DNA from: Monocercomonoides exilis PA203
Lineage: Eukaryota; Protista; Preaxostyla
DNA length: 64,000 nucleotides
NCBI GenBank assembly: GCA_001643675.2
Contig: LSRY02000004.1
Coordinates: 124,001 to 188,000, forward strand
Direction: 5' to 3'
This document shows positions 34,901 to 49,900 of this stretch, piece by piece. The notes below the pieces were generated by a model, which saw nothing but the letters and a program-made list of their open reading frames with translations, had not been told where the DNA came from and did no database searches. The position numbers and the translations under genes are program-made. Position 1 is the stretch's first letter, and every line of letters begins with the position of its first letter.

Positions 34901-37900
34901 TTTCCAGTGCAAGTCAAAAGGAGCAACTCTCATATGATAGTGGGTCAGTGTGCATAAATGGTTCTCAACCATCAAGCATGATATCTGTTGAACATACTAA
35001 TTCAACGGGGCAGTTTATTTTCAGAATTAATGCACCGTGGATACTTTCTTCTCTCTATTTTCAGATACTGTCAACTGGATCCTCAGTGAATACGATTTTT
35101 TCCGTTGTTAACTCAAATATATTACTTCAACAATGCGTACTGTGCCAACAAGATCCTTCTATTCCTTTTCAAGTGACATTTCTTGATTGCTCAGGTGGAA
35201 CAGCTAATTTTTCTGACTTCTCTTTTTTGTGCACCACGGCAACTGAAGATTCTCTTCTTTATGAAAACAAGCCATTTGTTAAAAGTAGATTAAGTGGAGC
35301 CATTGCCTTCGAGAATTCAGAAGTGATGGCAAGAACTTTGGGAGGAGTATCATTGTTCAGTGCAGAGTCAGGTGGATGCATAAACATGACTGAAGCAGTT
35401 TTTCAGAATTTAAAGATTTCATCTCCTGTGCTTCAAATTGGAGCGAGTTCGAAAGCGAATATGGCTAATTGTCAGTTTATTGATTTATCTGTTACGTCTT
35501 CTGCGGTAATTCAATCAAATACAGGGATATGTAATATTTCTTATTGTGTTTTTTCTTTGGTAAGTTTAAGCTCTAAATCACTAATTGAATTCGCTAATGC
35601 CATTGCAAATGTGGAAGGGAACAAGTTCAATGATATCACTTTATCGTCTGGAAATGGCTCATCTTTGAATATATTAAACGATGGTGCTTATATAACTTTG
35701 AGTAATAACACATTTGCCAGATGCAAAACTCTGGCAGGCAAATCCTGTGGTGGTGCGTTGTACGCAAACATGCAAAGTTTATCTGGTTCAATTGTTTTGC
35801 TTCCATGTAATTTTTCACAATGCAAAGCTGATCCAAACACAGAAGGTAAAGGTGGAGCACTTTGCTTTAATTTTTCAGAACCTTCGTCAAATTACACGAT
35901 TGATTTTTCCTCAACGATGCTAATGACTCAAAATGAGGCAAAAGTTGGCTTTAATATCTTTGTTATATCATTAGATTTATCTGAATCAATCACAACAGCT
36001 CATTTTATAAACTGTCCAACATTATCGTGGGGCTGGAATGATGCTGTTGGAGTTAATTCAGATCTTGATGCACAAGTTATTCCTCTTCAATTTTTCCTTC
36101 TTGAAAAACCTTCTTCTTTGTTTGTTTCATCTTCTATCGCAAAAAGCGATGATTCTCCAATTTGCGGATTTGAAATATATCCTTGTTTAACGCTCAATTA
36201 TATTCTTTCCGAGCGACCTCCATTATCTTCTGATTCAATACGTGCAACAATCATTTTACAATTAATTCAGGATGCTTCAGTAAATTTGGACTCAAAGCAG
36301 CTAATTTTATCTGGGCATTCTTCACAGGCAGAATTAATTGTTAATCAATTCTCAAGCAATGAAAAGCAACTCTTTTCCATTTTGCAATCGTTAACTGTAA
36401 ACGATATTACTTTCATCTTTACAATGAAAAATGAGTTGGAGACTGTTTTTCTGATTAAAGAGGGCTTGTCAAACATTCACTCCTGTTTAATTCAGCCTGC
36501 ATTAGATGTGAGCGGATGGCCCATTTCATTTGCTCATGTAACTGGTGGCCAATTGGAAATTACAAACTTTTCACTCACTGTCGAACCCCTTGCTTCAGAT
36601 GCACTTTTATTAGCTCGATCTTTTATTTCTGTTAACATTTCTGGGAATGTGGTTATTCAATCTTGCAAATTCCATTCACGTTCAACAGGAGAAGCATTTT
36701 TTAAAGCGTTCTGGGGAGGCTCCTTATCAATTCAATCTTCTTCATTCAGAGTTATGAATCAGGTGAAAAAACCTCTTATCTATGCTTCGGCAGCGAGAGA
36801 AGTTATTTTGAATGCTTCAACAATTGAAAAGATTGAATTCATAAATTCATCTGCAATTGAAGCAGTAGAATGTACGAATGAAGTTAAATTGATTTCATCA
36901 AAAATATCATCTTGTAACAGAACGACTGGATCAGCTGCTTGTATAGTCGCGAAAAACAATGCTGGAGATCTTATCATTAACAACAGCATATTTGAGGGCT
37001 GCTCTTCACTTAGCGAGAATACAGATGGAGGAGCTATTCACATAGAGCTTTCTTCTGAAGATGGAGAAATGATATTTTATGATAATAATATTTCATTATG
37101 CAAGTCTAGTCCAGCAAGTAATAATGGAAAAGGAGGAGGAATTTTCCTTCTTCTTTCAACTATAAACGCACGATTCACATTTTCCAACACCACCGGAGCT
37201 CCGTTATGGCTTAATAACGTTGCACATGAAGGAAGAAATCTATTTATTAACGGATCAAATTTATTCGAAAGTCTTTCTGAATCAAACTTTGTTCAATTCA
37301 ATCAACCTTCTGCTTGGGATACAGAAGATGCCAAAGGAATGCAAAACGATAACACTTCAGAAATAATACCAATAAAATATTTCTTTTCAGATATTTCCCA
37401 AATCATACATGTTTCATACAATGGCATGGATTCTTCCGCTTGTGGAGATATTGAATACTCATGCAACAGTTTGCCTTACTCTTTCTCAAGACAAAATTCA
37501 GCAACGAAAAAAAGATATGTGGCAGTTGTGGAGAGAGTGAATGTGAGAGGAGAATTGACATATTCTGATGGAAGTGTTGACATTCACAGCTCCAAGTCTG
37601 CGGACTGGTCTGTTGTTGATGTGGACATGACAACAGGTTCGTGTACGAGTATCTTCAGTGTGGAAGTTCCTTGGACGCTTAAGCTGATAGCATTTACGAT
37701 TGGAGGTGTGCCGGCATCTGTCAAGTCGCTGTTTGGCGTTACGGCGTCGGTTCTCTCTCTGCAAAATACCAAGCTTTGCCAGATCAGTGCAGCAGGATAT
37801 ATGTTTTCTTTTGTCTCGGTAATCAGCGGGTCTGTGAAGATTAGTGTGTTTAATTTTGATGGAGACGTCCGCTTTGCAAATTCTCCCCTCTTTTCTGGAA

Positions 37901-40900
37901 GTCCGATGATTTCTGTGAGTGGAAATGGAACATGTGATATTTCTTCAATGAATCTCCATTTGCGAGGCAGCACAGGAGCAAGCTTCATATCAGTTGTTGA
38001 CGAAGGAGAATTGATGATTAACAATGGAGGTGTTGAGAACATCGATGAAATGGATTCGAGTGTGGTGTGTGTGAATAGCGAGAACAGCACTTTGGATGTA
38101 AATGGGACAGTATTTAGTTCGCTTGTTTTTACAAGCAGCAGTGCTGTTGAGGTGCAAAACATTCGCTCAGGGATTATTCAAAACAGCACTTTTTCGTTTG
38201 TGAGGAAAACAAATGGAAGTGGAAGTTGCCTGGAATGTGCTGTTGGGAAAGGAGAGCTTAAAGTGAATGGGAATCGGTTTGACGGATGCAAAGTCAACTC
38301 ATTAGAAAGTTGTGGAGGGTGCTTGGACTTCACGATGGACAATGCGGCAGGGAAAGTGAGTGTTGATGGCGATGTTTTCATGAACTGCGAGGCGAGCGTG
38401 GCCAATGAAGGCAAAGGCGGTGCGCTGCATATGAATGTGAAGGAAGTGTTCAGCACATTTAGTATTGCAAATAGGACGATTGGAGACTGGTTTGAGAACA
38501 AAGCTTCAAAAGGCAAAAATGTCATGGTTGAATCACCGTCGCTGAGAACATCAGTCACGAACAACAGCTTCTATTCTTTTGCGTATTTTTATTGGGAGAT
38601 GGATGAATTTGAAGGATTTGACAATGGAAAAATTGATCTGTCGATCCCCTTGAAGTACTATCTGCTTGACAGGCCGGAATCTCTTCGTGTGTCATCGTCA
38701 GTTGCAAAAAGAGCAGACACGACAGCATGTGGCTTTGATGAATATCCGTGTGCGACGCTGGCTTATGGGTTGAGCGAGCAACTTAATCCGACGAAGAAAA
38801 TAACGATTATTGGAAGATTGGATCAAGATGCAAGCATTACTGTATCGTCTGGAAACACGACGATTGAAACGCATGCTTCTGGAGGCGAAATGAGCATTTG
38901 CCAAACAGCAAGCGCGGAGAAGCAACTGTTTTTGTGCTCAGCTGCATTTGCGATGAAAAAAGTGTTGTTTTCATTGGCTTCTTCGAAAACATTAGAAACT
39001 GTTATTCGCGTGTCTGATTCCACGACCGTGGTTGAAGGCAGCAGAATTCGGCGAGTATCGGAGAGTGAAAGATATAATTTCACATTTATTGTGTCAACCG
39101 GAGGCACGGTAATTTTGGAACAGTTTTCATTTGATCTTGGGATGCTGACTACGGCAGGCGTTCTGTTTTCTTCGTATCCAATGGTTGATTCAAAAGGAGG
39201 AGAAATCAAAATCCAGAATTCTGTTTTTGAAAAGCTGGGATCAGAAGGATCTCCGCTATTTGTTTCAGAAACCAGCGGGCGTGTGTCTTCAACGAATGTA
39301 ACAATAAATGGGATGAGTGGGCTGACACAGCCTTTGTTTTATGGCAGCGGAACAAGTACTGTGACGATTGCAGGTGTTTCGTCTTCGCCTATTGTTATTA
39401 GTAATATAACATCATCTGCAAACTTAATAGCGATGCAAGATTCAACAAGCTTACTGACAGAGAATGTGAAGTTCAGTGAAATAAGGATGAGTGCGGGAAG
39501 TGCAGTTTTCTGCAATTCGATACAAGATTTGAGGGTGTTGAAAACATCATTTGAAAATGTGAGCAAAAGTGTTGGAAATGGAGCAGCGATTAATGCTGAA
39601 AGCGGCTCTGGAGCAGTTCGGATTGAATCGAATACATTTGTGAGGTGCAGTGCGACTGAGGCGAATGGATGTGGAGGAAGCATATATTGCTATTTGAAGA
39701 GCGACCCGGCGCCACAAACTGCAATGATAATAGAGAACTCATTCACTTCCAGCGCAACAGCCTCGGATTCAGGATATGGAGGAGCGTTTTACTGCTTGAT
39801 AGATGATAGCGACCATTACTTCAACTTACGGAACACGTCCAACACATGGACAGGGAATAACGCGCTTCATGGAAAGAACATTTTTGTTTCGTCAGCAACT
39901 CTTCGGAATTCGCTGGAAAAGCCAGACGTGTTTATGGGCTTTGAGCCATCGAGCTGGAATGAAGAAGATTACGAAGGGTTTGATCTTCCCGACCAGCTGA
40001 CATCGATCCCGTTGAAGTACTTCTTTTCAAACATTGACGTGAATGTATTTGTTGGCGATGCTGGCTTGGATAATGATGCGTGTGGAGACGAGCTGTATCC
40101 ATGCCAGTCGATATCATACTCATTTTCCAGGCAGCAAAAGGAAACACGGAAATGCAGCATTTTGAATTCTGTCAATCAAACGAGAGCTTTGAGCTATGCC
40201 CTTGGGAATGTGAATATAGCAGGTGCGCTATCAGGAACGAAGAGCAGTATTGCTGTGGAGCAGATGTCCGGGAGTGAGACATGCGTATTTGGGATCACTT
40301 TGCCATGGACATTTGAGAACATCTGCTTCAAAGTTATAACAGTTCCGGCGTCTGTGAAATCATTAATTGCAGCAAGCTCGCAGACATCAACGCTGAAACT
40401 TCTGAGGACGTCGCTTCTGCCAAACGCATCCGGTGTATTTGAGTTCAGTTTTTTGAGTGTAACTGCCGGAAATGTTGAAATAAGAGAATTTGGATTTGAG
40501 GTTTCTGAATCTGACCGAATGGGTTGTGTGACGAGAGGCACTGGAGTCATTGAAATAGAAGGGAGTACCTCTCGATGCTTGATTGCAGACAGTACGTTCA
40601 GTTTGAAGGGAAGCGAGGAATCAGGGTTAATTGTAGTGAAGAAATCAGGAGAGCTTAATATTTCTCATTGCAGATTTGCAGAGCTCGGCGGTGTCAATAC
40701 GTCTGTGATTGAAGGATCAGCACTTGGATCGATTCGGATTGGCGAGAATACAAATTTCACGGCTTTTTCTAATTTTGATGGGCCGCTCATTTCGGTTTCG
40801 ACGTGCACGCTTTCTTTTACTGAAACATATTTTATTAATGTGACGGCATGCAAAGTTGCGATTGTCAGAGCAAGTGGGGAAACAGACATTACTTTGAGTA

Positions 40901-43900
40901 ATTCTACTTTTGAAACGATTGAGATGACCACAGCTTCCGCAATTGAGTGTGAAGAAATTGCTTCTACAGTAGTGAGCAAAAACAAATTTACAGAAGTTAA
41001 AAGGAGCAATGGAAACGGATCATGCATTTCAGTTACAACGGGAAACGGGACTATGAATATTGAATCAAATGTGTTTTTGAAGTGCGCTGTAGATGATGAA
41101 AACGCGTGTGGAGGAGGAGTGTACTGCAAACTGAAAAACGACGGAGATGGAAAGATATTGAATATGAATGAGAATTCGTTTGAAAGATGCGCTGTCTCCT
41201 CAACATCGGGGAAGGGGGGTGGAATCTGCATTGACATTGGAGATGTGCAGCGGCATTTCACGATAGTAAATTCTTCCCTTTCCAGCTGGGCAGAAAATAT
41301 TGCGAGATACGGGCGGAACGTTTTTGTGATCTCTCCGAATCTTCGAGAATCGGTAACTTTTAGTTCTGGATTTGTTGGATTTAATCCGCAGATGTGGACT
41401 GAAGATGATTACTATGGAGTTGACACGCGGGACTTATCTACTCTGATTCCTTTGAAGTACTTCTTTTCAAACATTGACGCGAATGTATTTGTCGGCGATG
41501 CTGGCTTGGATAATGATGCGTGTGGAGACGAGCTGTATCCATGTCAGACAATGGAATACTCATTTTCTAGGCAGCAAAAGGAAACACGAAAATGCAGCGT
41601 AATAGCGTCATTGAGCCAGACATCAAAACTGTCATATTCCAGCGGGAGCGTGCAAGTATCTAGCACCGTTTCAGGAGTAAGAAGCAACATTGTTGTGGAA
41701 CAAAGAACTGGAGTGTTTACAGAAATGTTTGAAGTGACCGTTGCATGGACCCTTGAAGATATCTGCTTTAATGTAACATATGTGCCTTCATCTCTAAAAT
41801 CTTTGTTTGCTGTTTGCTCATCTGACGCGACTTTAAAGCTTGAGCGCACAGTTTTGAAGCCGAATGGAACAGAAGCCTTTTTGTTTTGCTTTGTTAGAGC
41901 ATCTTCGGGGATGGTAAATATAAGCCAGTTTTCATTTGAACTATCAGAGTCAGACAGGATGAGCTGCGTAACAAAGGGATGTGGGCTTATAGAAGTTGAT
42001 GGAGAAGACGCAAGGTGCTTAATTAAAGACAGTGAGTTTTCGCGGAAAGGGAGCATTGAATCTGGAATGATTGTTGCCAAAGACAAGGGAGAGATAAATG
42101 TTATTCATTGCGAATTCAAGGAGCTGAGCGATAATGAAGGAGTTGTTATTGAAGGAAGCGCAGGAAGCACGATTAATATTGGGGGTTCTACAAGATTTTC
42201 ATCATTTACCAACAGCAAAATGCCGGCAGTGTCGGTGATATCAAGTGTGCTTGCGATCACAGATACATCCTTTGCGGATATGTCTTCGAAAGAATCGGCA
42301 ATAATATCTGCGACAGGAGAATCTGGAATATCTGCGAGGGCATGCACATTTGCAAATATTGAAATGAGCAAAGCTTCGATAGCAAAGCTTATTGATGTGG
42401 CTTCTGTCTCATTTGCGGAGAATAGCTTTGATAATATCAAAAATGCAATTGGGAATGGGTCTTGTCTTTTCGTCACATCCACGAACGGTACAACTAGCAT
42501 TGAATCCAACACATTTACCCATTGTGTGAACACTTTTGAAGAAGGCTGTGGAGGTAGCGTGCATATCCAGCTGAAGAGCAGCGAGACAAGCGAGATGGCC
42601 TACATACTTGGAAACTCATTTGAAAGATGTGCCGCATCCTCGACAAGAGGAAAAGGAGGTGGATTGTACATTGACGTGATCAATTCGATGCGGTATTTTA
42701 AGATTACGAACACTTCGATTTCGAGATGGGCAGAGAACACAGCAAAATACGGGCAAAATGTATTTGTTGCATCTCCAGATCTTCGGGCTTCTGTAACTTC
42801 TGATTCTGCATTTGTTGGGTTCAGTCCGTTGGCGTGGCCGGAAGACGATTATTATGGAACCGATACTCGAGACTTGTCGACTTTGATTCCGCTGAAATAC
42901 TTTTTCTCTTCGCTTGTACCCTATGTTTATGTTGGCGATGTTGGAAAAGACAATGATGCATGTGGTGACCAATCATATCCTTGCAATTCCATCGATTATT
43001 CTTTCTCAAGACAAAATTCAGCAACGAAAAAAAGATATGTGGCAGTTGTGGAGAGAGTGAATGTGAGAGGAGAATTGACATATTCTGATGGAAGTGTTGA
43101 CATTCACAGCTCCAAGTCTGCGGACTGGTCTGTTGTTGATGTGGACATGACAACAGGTTCGTGTACGAGTATCTTCAGTGTGGAAGTTCCTTGGACGCTT
43201 AAGCTGATAGCATTTACGATTGGAGGTGTGCCGGCATCTGTCAAGTCGCTGTTTGGCGTTACGGCGTCGGTTCTCTCTCTGCAAAATACCAAGCTTTGCC
43301 AGATCAGTGCAGCAGGATATATGTTTTCTTTTGTCTCGGTAATCAGCGGGTCTGTGAAGATTAGTGTGTTTAATTTTGATGGAGACGTCCGCTTTGCAAA
43401 TTCTCCCCTCTTTTCTGGAAGTCCGATGATTTCTGTGAGTGGAAATGGAACATGTGATATTTCTTCAATGAATCTCCATTTGCGAGGCAGCACAGGAGCA
43501 AGCTTCATATCAGTTGTTGACGAAGGAGAATTGATGATTAACAATGGAGGTGTTGAGAACATCGATGAAATGGATTCGAGTGTGGTGTGTGTGAATAGCG
43601 AGAACAGCACTTTGGATGTAAATGGGACAGTATTTAGTTCGCTTGTTTTTACAAGCAGCAGTGCTGTTGAGGTGCAAAACATTCGCTCAGGGATTATTCA
43701 AAACAGCACTTTTTCGTTTGTGAGGAAAACAAATGGAAGTGGAAGTTGCCTGGAATGTGCTGTTGGGAAAGGAGAGCTTAAAGTGAATGGGAATCGGTTT
43801 GACGGATGCAAAGTCAACTCATTAGAAAGTTGTGGAGGGTGCTTGGACTTCACGATGGACAATGCGGCAGGGAAAGTGAGTGTTGATGGCGATGTTTTCA

Positions 43901-46900
43901 TGAACTGCGAGGCGAGCGTGGCCAATGAAGGCAAAGGCGGTGCGCTGCATATGAATGTGAAGGAAGTGTTCAGCACATTTAGTATTGCAAATAGGACGAT
44001 TGGAGACTGGTTTGAGAACAAAGCTTCAAAAGGCAAAAATGTCATGGTTGAATCACCGTCGCTGAGAACATCAGTCACGAACAACAGCTTCTATTCTTTT
44101 GCGTATTTTTATTGGGAGATGGATGAATTTGAAGGATTTGACAATGGAAAAATTGATCTGTCGATCCCCTTGAAGTACTATCTGCTTGACAGGCCGGAAT
44201 CTCTTCGTGTGTCATCGTCAGTTGCAAAAAGAGCAGACACGACAGCATGTGGCTTTGATGAATATCCGTGTGCGACGCTGGCTTATGGGTTGAGCGAGCA
44301 ACTTAATCCGACGAAGAAAATAACGATTATTGGAAGATTGGATCAAGATGCAAGCATTACTGTATCGTCTGGAAACACGACGATTGAAACGCATGCTTCT
44401 GGAGGCGAAATGAGCATTTGCCAAACAGCAAGCGCGGAGAAGCAACTGTTTTTGTGCTCAGCTGCATTTGCGATGAAAAAAGTGTTGTTTTCATTGGCTT
44501 CTTCGAAAACATTAGAAACTGTTATTCGCGTGTCTGATTCCACGACCGTGGTTGAAGGCAGCAGAATTCGGCGAGTATCGGAGAGTGAAAGATATAATTT
44601 CACATTTATTGTGTCAACCGGAGGCACGGTAATTTTGGAACAGTTTTCATTTGATCTTGGGATGCTGACTACGGCAGGCGTTCTGTTTTCTTCGTATCCA
44701 ATGGTTGATTCAAAAGGAGGAGAAATCAAAATCCAGAATTCTGTTTTTGAAAAGCTGGGATCAGAAGGATCTCCGCTATTTGTTTCAGAAACCAGCGGGC
44801 GTGTGTCTTCAACGAATGTAACAATAAATGGGATGAGTGGGCTGACACAGCCTTTGTTTTATGGCAGCGGAACAAGTACTGTGACGATTGCAGGTGTTTC
44901 GTCTTCGCCTATTGTTATTAGTAATATAACATCATCTGCAAACTTAATAGCGATGCAAGATTCAACAAGCTTACTGACAGAGAATGTGAAGTTCAGTGAA
45001 ATAAGGATGAGTGCGGGAAGTGCAGTTTTCTGCAATTCGATACAAGATTTGAGGGTGTTGAAAACATCATTTGAAAATGTGAGCAAAAGTGTTGGAAATG
45101 GAGCAGCGATTAATGCTGAAAGCGGCTCTGGAGCAGTTCGGATTGAATCGAATACATTTGTGAGGTGCAGTGCGACTGAGGCGAATGGATGTGGAGGAAG
45201 CATATATTGCTATTTGAAGAGCGACCCGGCGCCACAAACTGCAATGATAATAGAGAACTCATTCACTTCCAGCGCAACAGCCTCGGATTCAGGATATGGA
45301 GGAGCGTTTTACTGCTTGATAGATGATAGCGACCATTACTTCAACTTACGGAACACGTCCAACACATGGACAGGGAATAACGCGCTTCATGGAAAGAACA
45401 TTTTTGTTTCGTCAGCAACTCTTCGGAATTCGCTGGAAAAGCCAGACGTGTTTATGGGCTTTGAGCCATCGAGCTGGAATGAAGAAGATTACGAAGGGTT
45501 TGATCTTCCCGACCAGCTGACATCGATCCCGTTGAAGTACTTCTTTTCAAACATTGACGTGAATGTATTTGTTGGCGATGCTGGCTTGGATAATGATGCG
45601 TGTGGAGACGAGCTGTATCCATGCCAGTCGATATCATACTCATTTTCCAGGCAGCAAAAGGAAACACGGAAATGCAGCATTTTGAATTCTGTCAATCAAA
45701 CGAGAGCTTTGAGCTATGCCCTTGGGAATGTGAATATAGCAGGTGCGCTATCAGGAACGAAGAGCAGTATTGCTGTGGAGCAGATGTCCGGGAGTGAGAC
45801 ATGCGTATTTGGGATCACTTTGCCATGGACATTTGAGAACATCTGCTTCAAAGTTATAACAGTTCCGGCGTCTGTGAAATCATTAATTGCAGCAAGCTCG
45901 CAGACATCAACGCTGAAACTTCTGAGGACGTCGCTTCTGCCAAACGCATCCGGTGTATTTGAGTTCAGTTTTTTGAGTGTAACTGCCGGAAATGTTGAAA
46001 TAAGAGAATTTGGATTTGAGGTTTCTGAATCTGACCGAATGGGTTGTGTGACGAGAGGCACTGGAGTCATTGAAATAGAAGGGAGTACCTCTCGATGCTT
46101 GATTGCAGACAGTACGTTCAGTTTGAAGGGAAGCGAGGAATCAGGGTTAATTGTAGTGAAGAAATCAGGAGAGCTTAATATTTCTCATTGCAGATTTGCA
46201 GAGCTCGGCGGTGTCAATACGTCTGTGATTGAAGGATCAGCACTTGGATCGATTCGGATTGGCGAGAATACAAATTTCACGGCTTTTTCTAATTTTGATG
46301 GGCCGCTCATTTCGGTTTCGACGTGCACGCTTTCTTTTACTGAAACATATTTTATTAATGTGACGGCATGCAAAGTTGCGATTGTCAGAGCAAGTGGGGA
46401 AACAGACATTACTTTGAGTAATTCTACTTTTGAAACGATTGAGATGACCACAGCTTCCGCAATTGAGTGTGAAGAAATTGCTTCTACAGTAGTGAGCAAA
46501 AACAAATTTACAGAAGTTAAAAGGAGCAATGGAAACGGATCATGCATTTCAGTTACAACGGGAAACGGGACTATGAATATTGAATCAAATGTGTTTTTGA
46601 AGTGCGCTGTAGATGATGAAAACGCGTGTGGAGGAGGAGTGTACTGCAAACTGAAAAACGACGGAGATGGAAAGATATTGAATATGAATGAGAATTCGTT
46701 TGAAAGATGCGCTGTCTCCTCAACATCGGGGAAGGGGGGTGGAATCTGCATTGACATTGGAGATGTGCAGCGGCATTTCACGATAGTAAATTCTTCCCTT
46801 TCCAGCTGGGCAGAAAATATTGCGAGATACGGGCGGAACGTTTTTGTGATCTCTCCGAATCTTCGAGAATCGGTAACTTTTAGTTCTGGATTTGTTGGAT

Positions 46901-49900
46901 TTAATCCGCAGATGTGGACTGAAGATGATTACTATGGAGTTGACACGCGGGACTTATCTACTCTGATTCCTTTGAAGTACTTCTTTTCAAACATTGACGC
47001 GAATGTATTTGTCGGCGATGCTGGCTTGGATAATGATGCGTGTGGAGACGAGCTGTATCCATGTCAGACAATGGAATACTCATTTTCTAGGCAGCAAAAG
47101 GAAACACGAAAATGCAGCGTAATAGCGTCATTGAGCCAGACATCAAAACTGTCATATTCCAGCGGGAGCGTGCAAGTATCTAGCACCGTTTCAGGAGTAA
47201 GAAGCAACATTGTTGTGGAACAAAGAACTGGAGTGTTTACAGAAATGTTTGAAGTGACCGTTGCATGGACCCTTGAAGATATCTGCTTTAATGTAACATA
47301 TGTGCCTTCATCTCTAAAATCTTTGTTTGCTGTTTGCTCATCTGACGCGACTTTAAAGCTTGAGCGCACAGTTTTGAAGCCGAATGGAACAGAAGCCTTT
47401 TTGTTTTGCTTTGTTAGAGCATCTTCGGGGATGGTAAATATAAGCCAGTTTTCATTTGAACTATCAGAGTCAGACAGGATGAGCTGCGTAACAAAGGGAT
47501 GTGGGCTTATAGAAGTTGATGGAGAAGACGCAAGGTGCTTAATTAAAGACAGTGAGTTTTCGCGGAAAGGGAGCATTGAATCTGGAATGATTGTTGCCAA
47601 AGACAAGGGAGAGATAAATGTTATTCATTGCGAATTCAAGGAGCTGAGCGATAATGAAGGAGTTGTTATTGAAGGAAGCGCAGGAAGCACGATTAATATT
47701 GGGGGTTCTACAAGATTTTCATCATTTACCAACAGCAAAATGCCGGCAGTGTCGGTGATATCAAGTGTGCTTGCGATCACAGATACATCCTTTGCGGATA
47801 TGTCTTCGAAAGAATCGGCAATAATATCTGCGACAGGAGAATCTGGAATATCTGCGAGGGCATGCACATTTGCAAATATTGAAATGAGCAAAGCTTCGAT
47901 AGCAAAGCTTATTGATGTGGCTTCTGTCTCATTTGCGGAGAATAGCTTTGATAATATCAAAAATGCAATTGGGAATGGGTCTTGTCTTTTCGTCACATCC
48001 ACGAACGGTACAACTAGCATTGAATCCAACACATTTACCCATTGTGTGAACACTTTTGAAGAAGGCTGTGGAGGTAGCGTGCATATCCAGCTGAAGAGCA
48101 GCGAGACAAGCGAGATGGCCTACATACTTGGAAACTCATTTGAAAGATGTGCCGCATCCTCGACAAGAGGAAAAGGAGGTGGATTGTACATTGACGTGAT
48201 CAATTCGATGCGGTATTTTAAGATTACGAACACTTCGATTTCGAGATGGGCAGAGAACACAGCAAAATACGGGCAAAATGTATTTGTTGCATCTCCAGAT
48301 CTTCGGGCTTCTGTAACTTCTGATTCTGCATTTGTTGGGTTCAGTCCGTTGGCGTGGCCGGAAGACGATTATTATGGAACCGATACTCGAGACTTGTCGA
48401 CTTTGATTCCGCTGAAATACTTTTTCTCTTCGCTTGTACCCTATGTTTATGTTGGCGATGTTGGAAAAGACAATGATGCATGTGGTGACCAATCATATCC
48501 TTGCAATTCCATCGATTATTCTTTCTCAAGACAAGCGAAAGAGGAAAAGAGTTGTGTTGTATTGAATAAAACCATATTAACAAGAAAATTGCATTATTTA
48601 TCTGAAGATACTTCAAGTATTAATATTAAAAGCGTTTTATCAGGAGAAAATTCTTTTGTAGAATTTAACTTTATGACTGATGAAGTTTGCGAGGAATGCG
48701 TTGTTGTGGAAGTTACATGGAGAGTATTATATGTCACATTTAAGGTTGCAAATGTGCCTGTTTCTTTGACATCGTTGATAAAGATTTCTTCTTCTTTTTT
48801 ATCTTCAATATTACTATCAAATTGCAAAATATGTCCAAAATCTGAAACGGAATCCTTTAATTCCAGCTTAATATCAGTTGAAGGAGGAAAAGTTTCTTTG
48901 GATAAATTCTCGTATGATTTGGGATCATCTTCGTCTGTTCAACCTATCTTCAATGGATGTTCAATGTATGATTTAAAAGGAGGTCAAACAATATTGGAAA
49001 ATGCAATTGTGGAAAAAAGAAGCTCGGTAGAAATTAGTTTAATGTCAATAGATCTTGACGGGGTATTTACAATCGCTAATTCAACTTTGAGGGACTTTCC
49101 TGATATTAAACAACCTTTGATATCTGCATATGATCGAGCACAATTGTTGATACAAGGAACAGAACTGCTTCCTGTTACATTTATGCAAATTGCAAGTGCA
49201 TCATCGTCTTTAATATTTCTTTCAGGTTCTTCATCTGCAACTTTAACGTATGTTACATTTCAAAATTTGATATTTGGAGATCGTTCAATTATTTTCTTGA
49301 GCGCATCAACTTCATTTGCATGCACACAGCTTCTTGCCACTGGAATCACTTTTGCAAACGGATCTGTTTTTCAAGCAAATAATGCAAGAAGTATTCAAAT
49401 TTTAAATTCTCAGTTTTCAAATATTCTTAGGACTGCAGGAAATGGCTCTTGCATTTGGATAGAAGCAGGAACAGACCCTTCTGTCTCGTTGACCAATCCT
49501 TCACATCAAATAGCAAATTCAAACTTTACTCAATGCCGAGTAACAGAGCAGCTTAGAGGAGGAGGTGCTGTTTATTCATTACTTGGATATGGAACTTCTG
49601 CAAGTAACTACGTGAATTGGCAGATGAGCGGGTGCTTTTTCAGTGAATGTGAAGCTCCAGTTACGGGCGGCATCATTTACTCAGCAGACGATAGACGTAG
49701 TGATCATTTAAAAGGTTATACACAATATGGAAAAGGAGGTGGAGTATTCCTTTATTTACTTGATTCGAATGCCACTTTCACATTTGATTCAAGAATGTCT
49801 TTCTCAAATAACAAAGCAGATTTTGGAAAAGATATCTTTATTTCAACGCCTTGTTTAGCTGATTCTGTTCGACCTAGCCGTTTTCCTTGGTTCAGCGATG

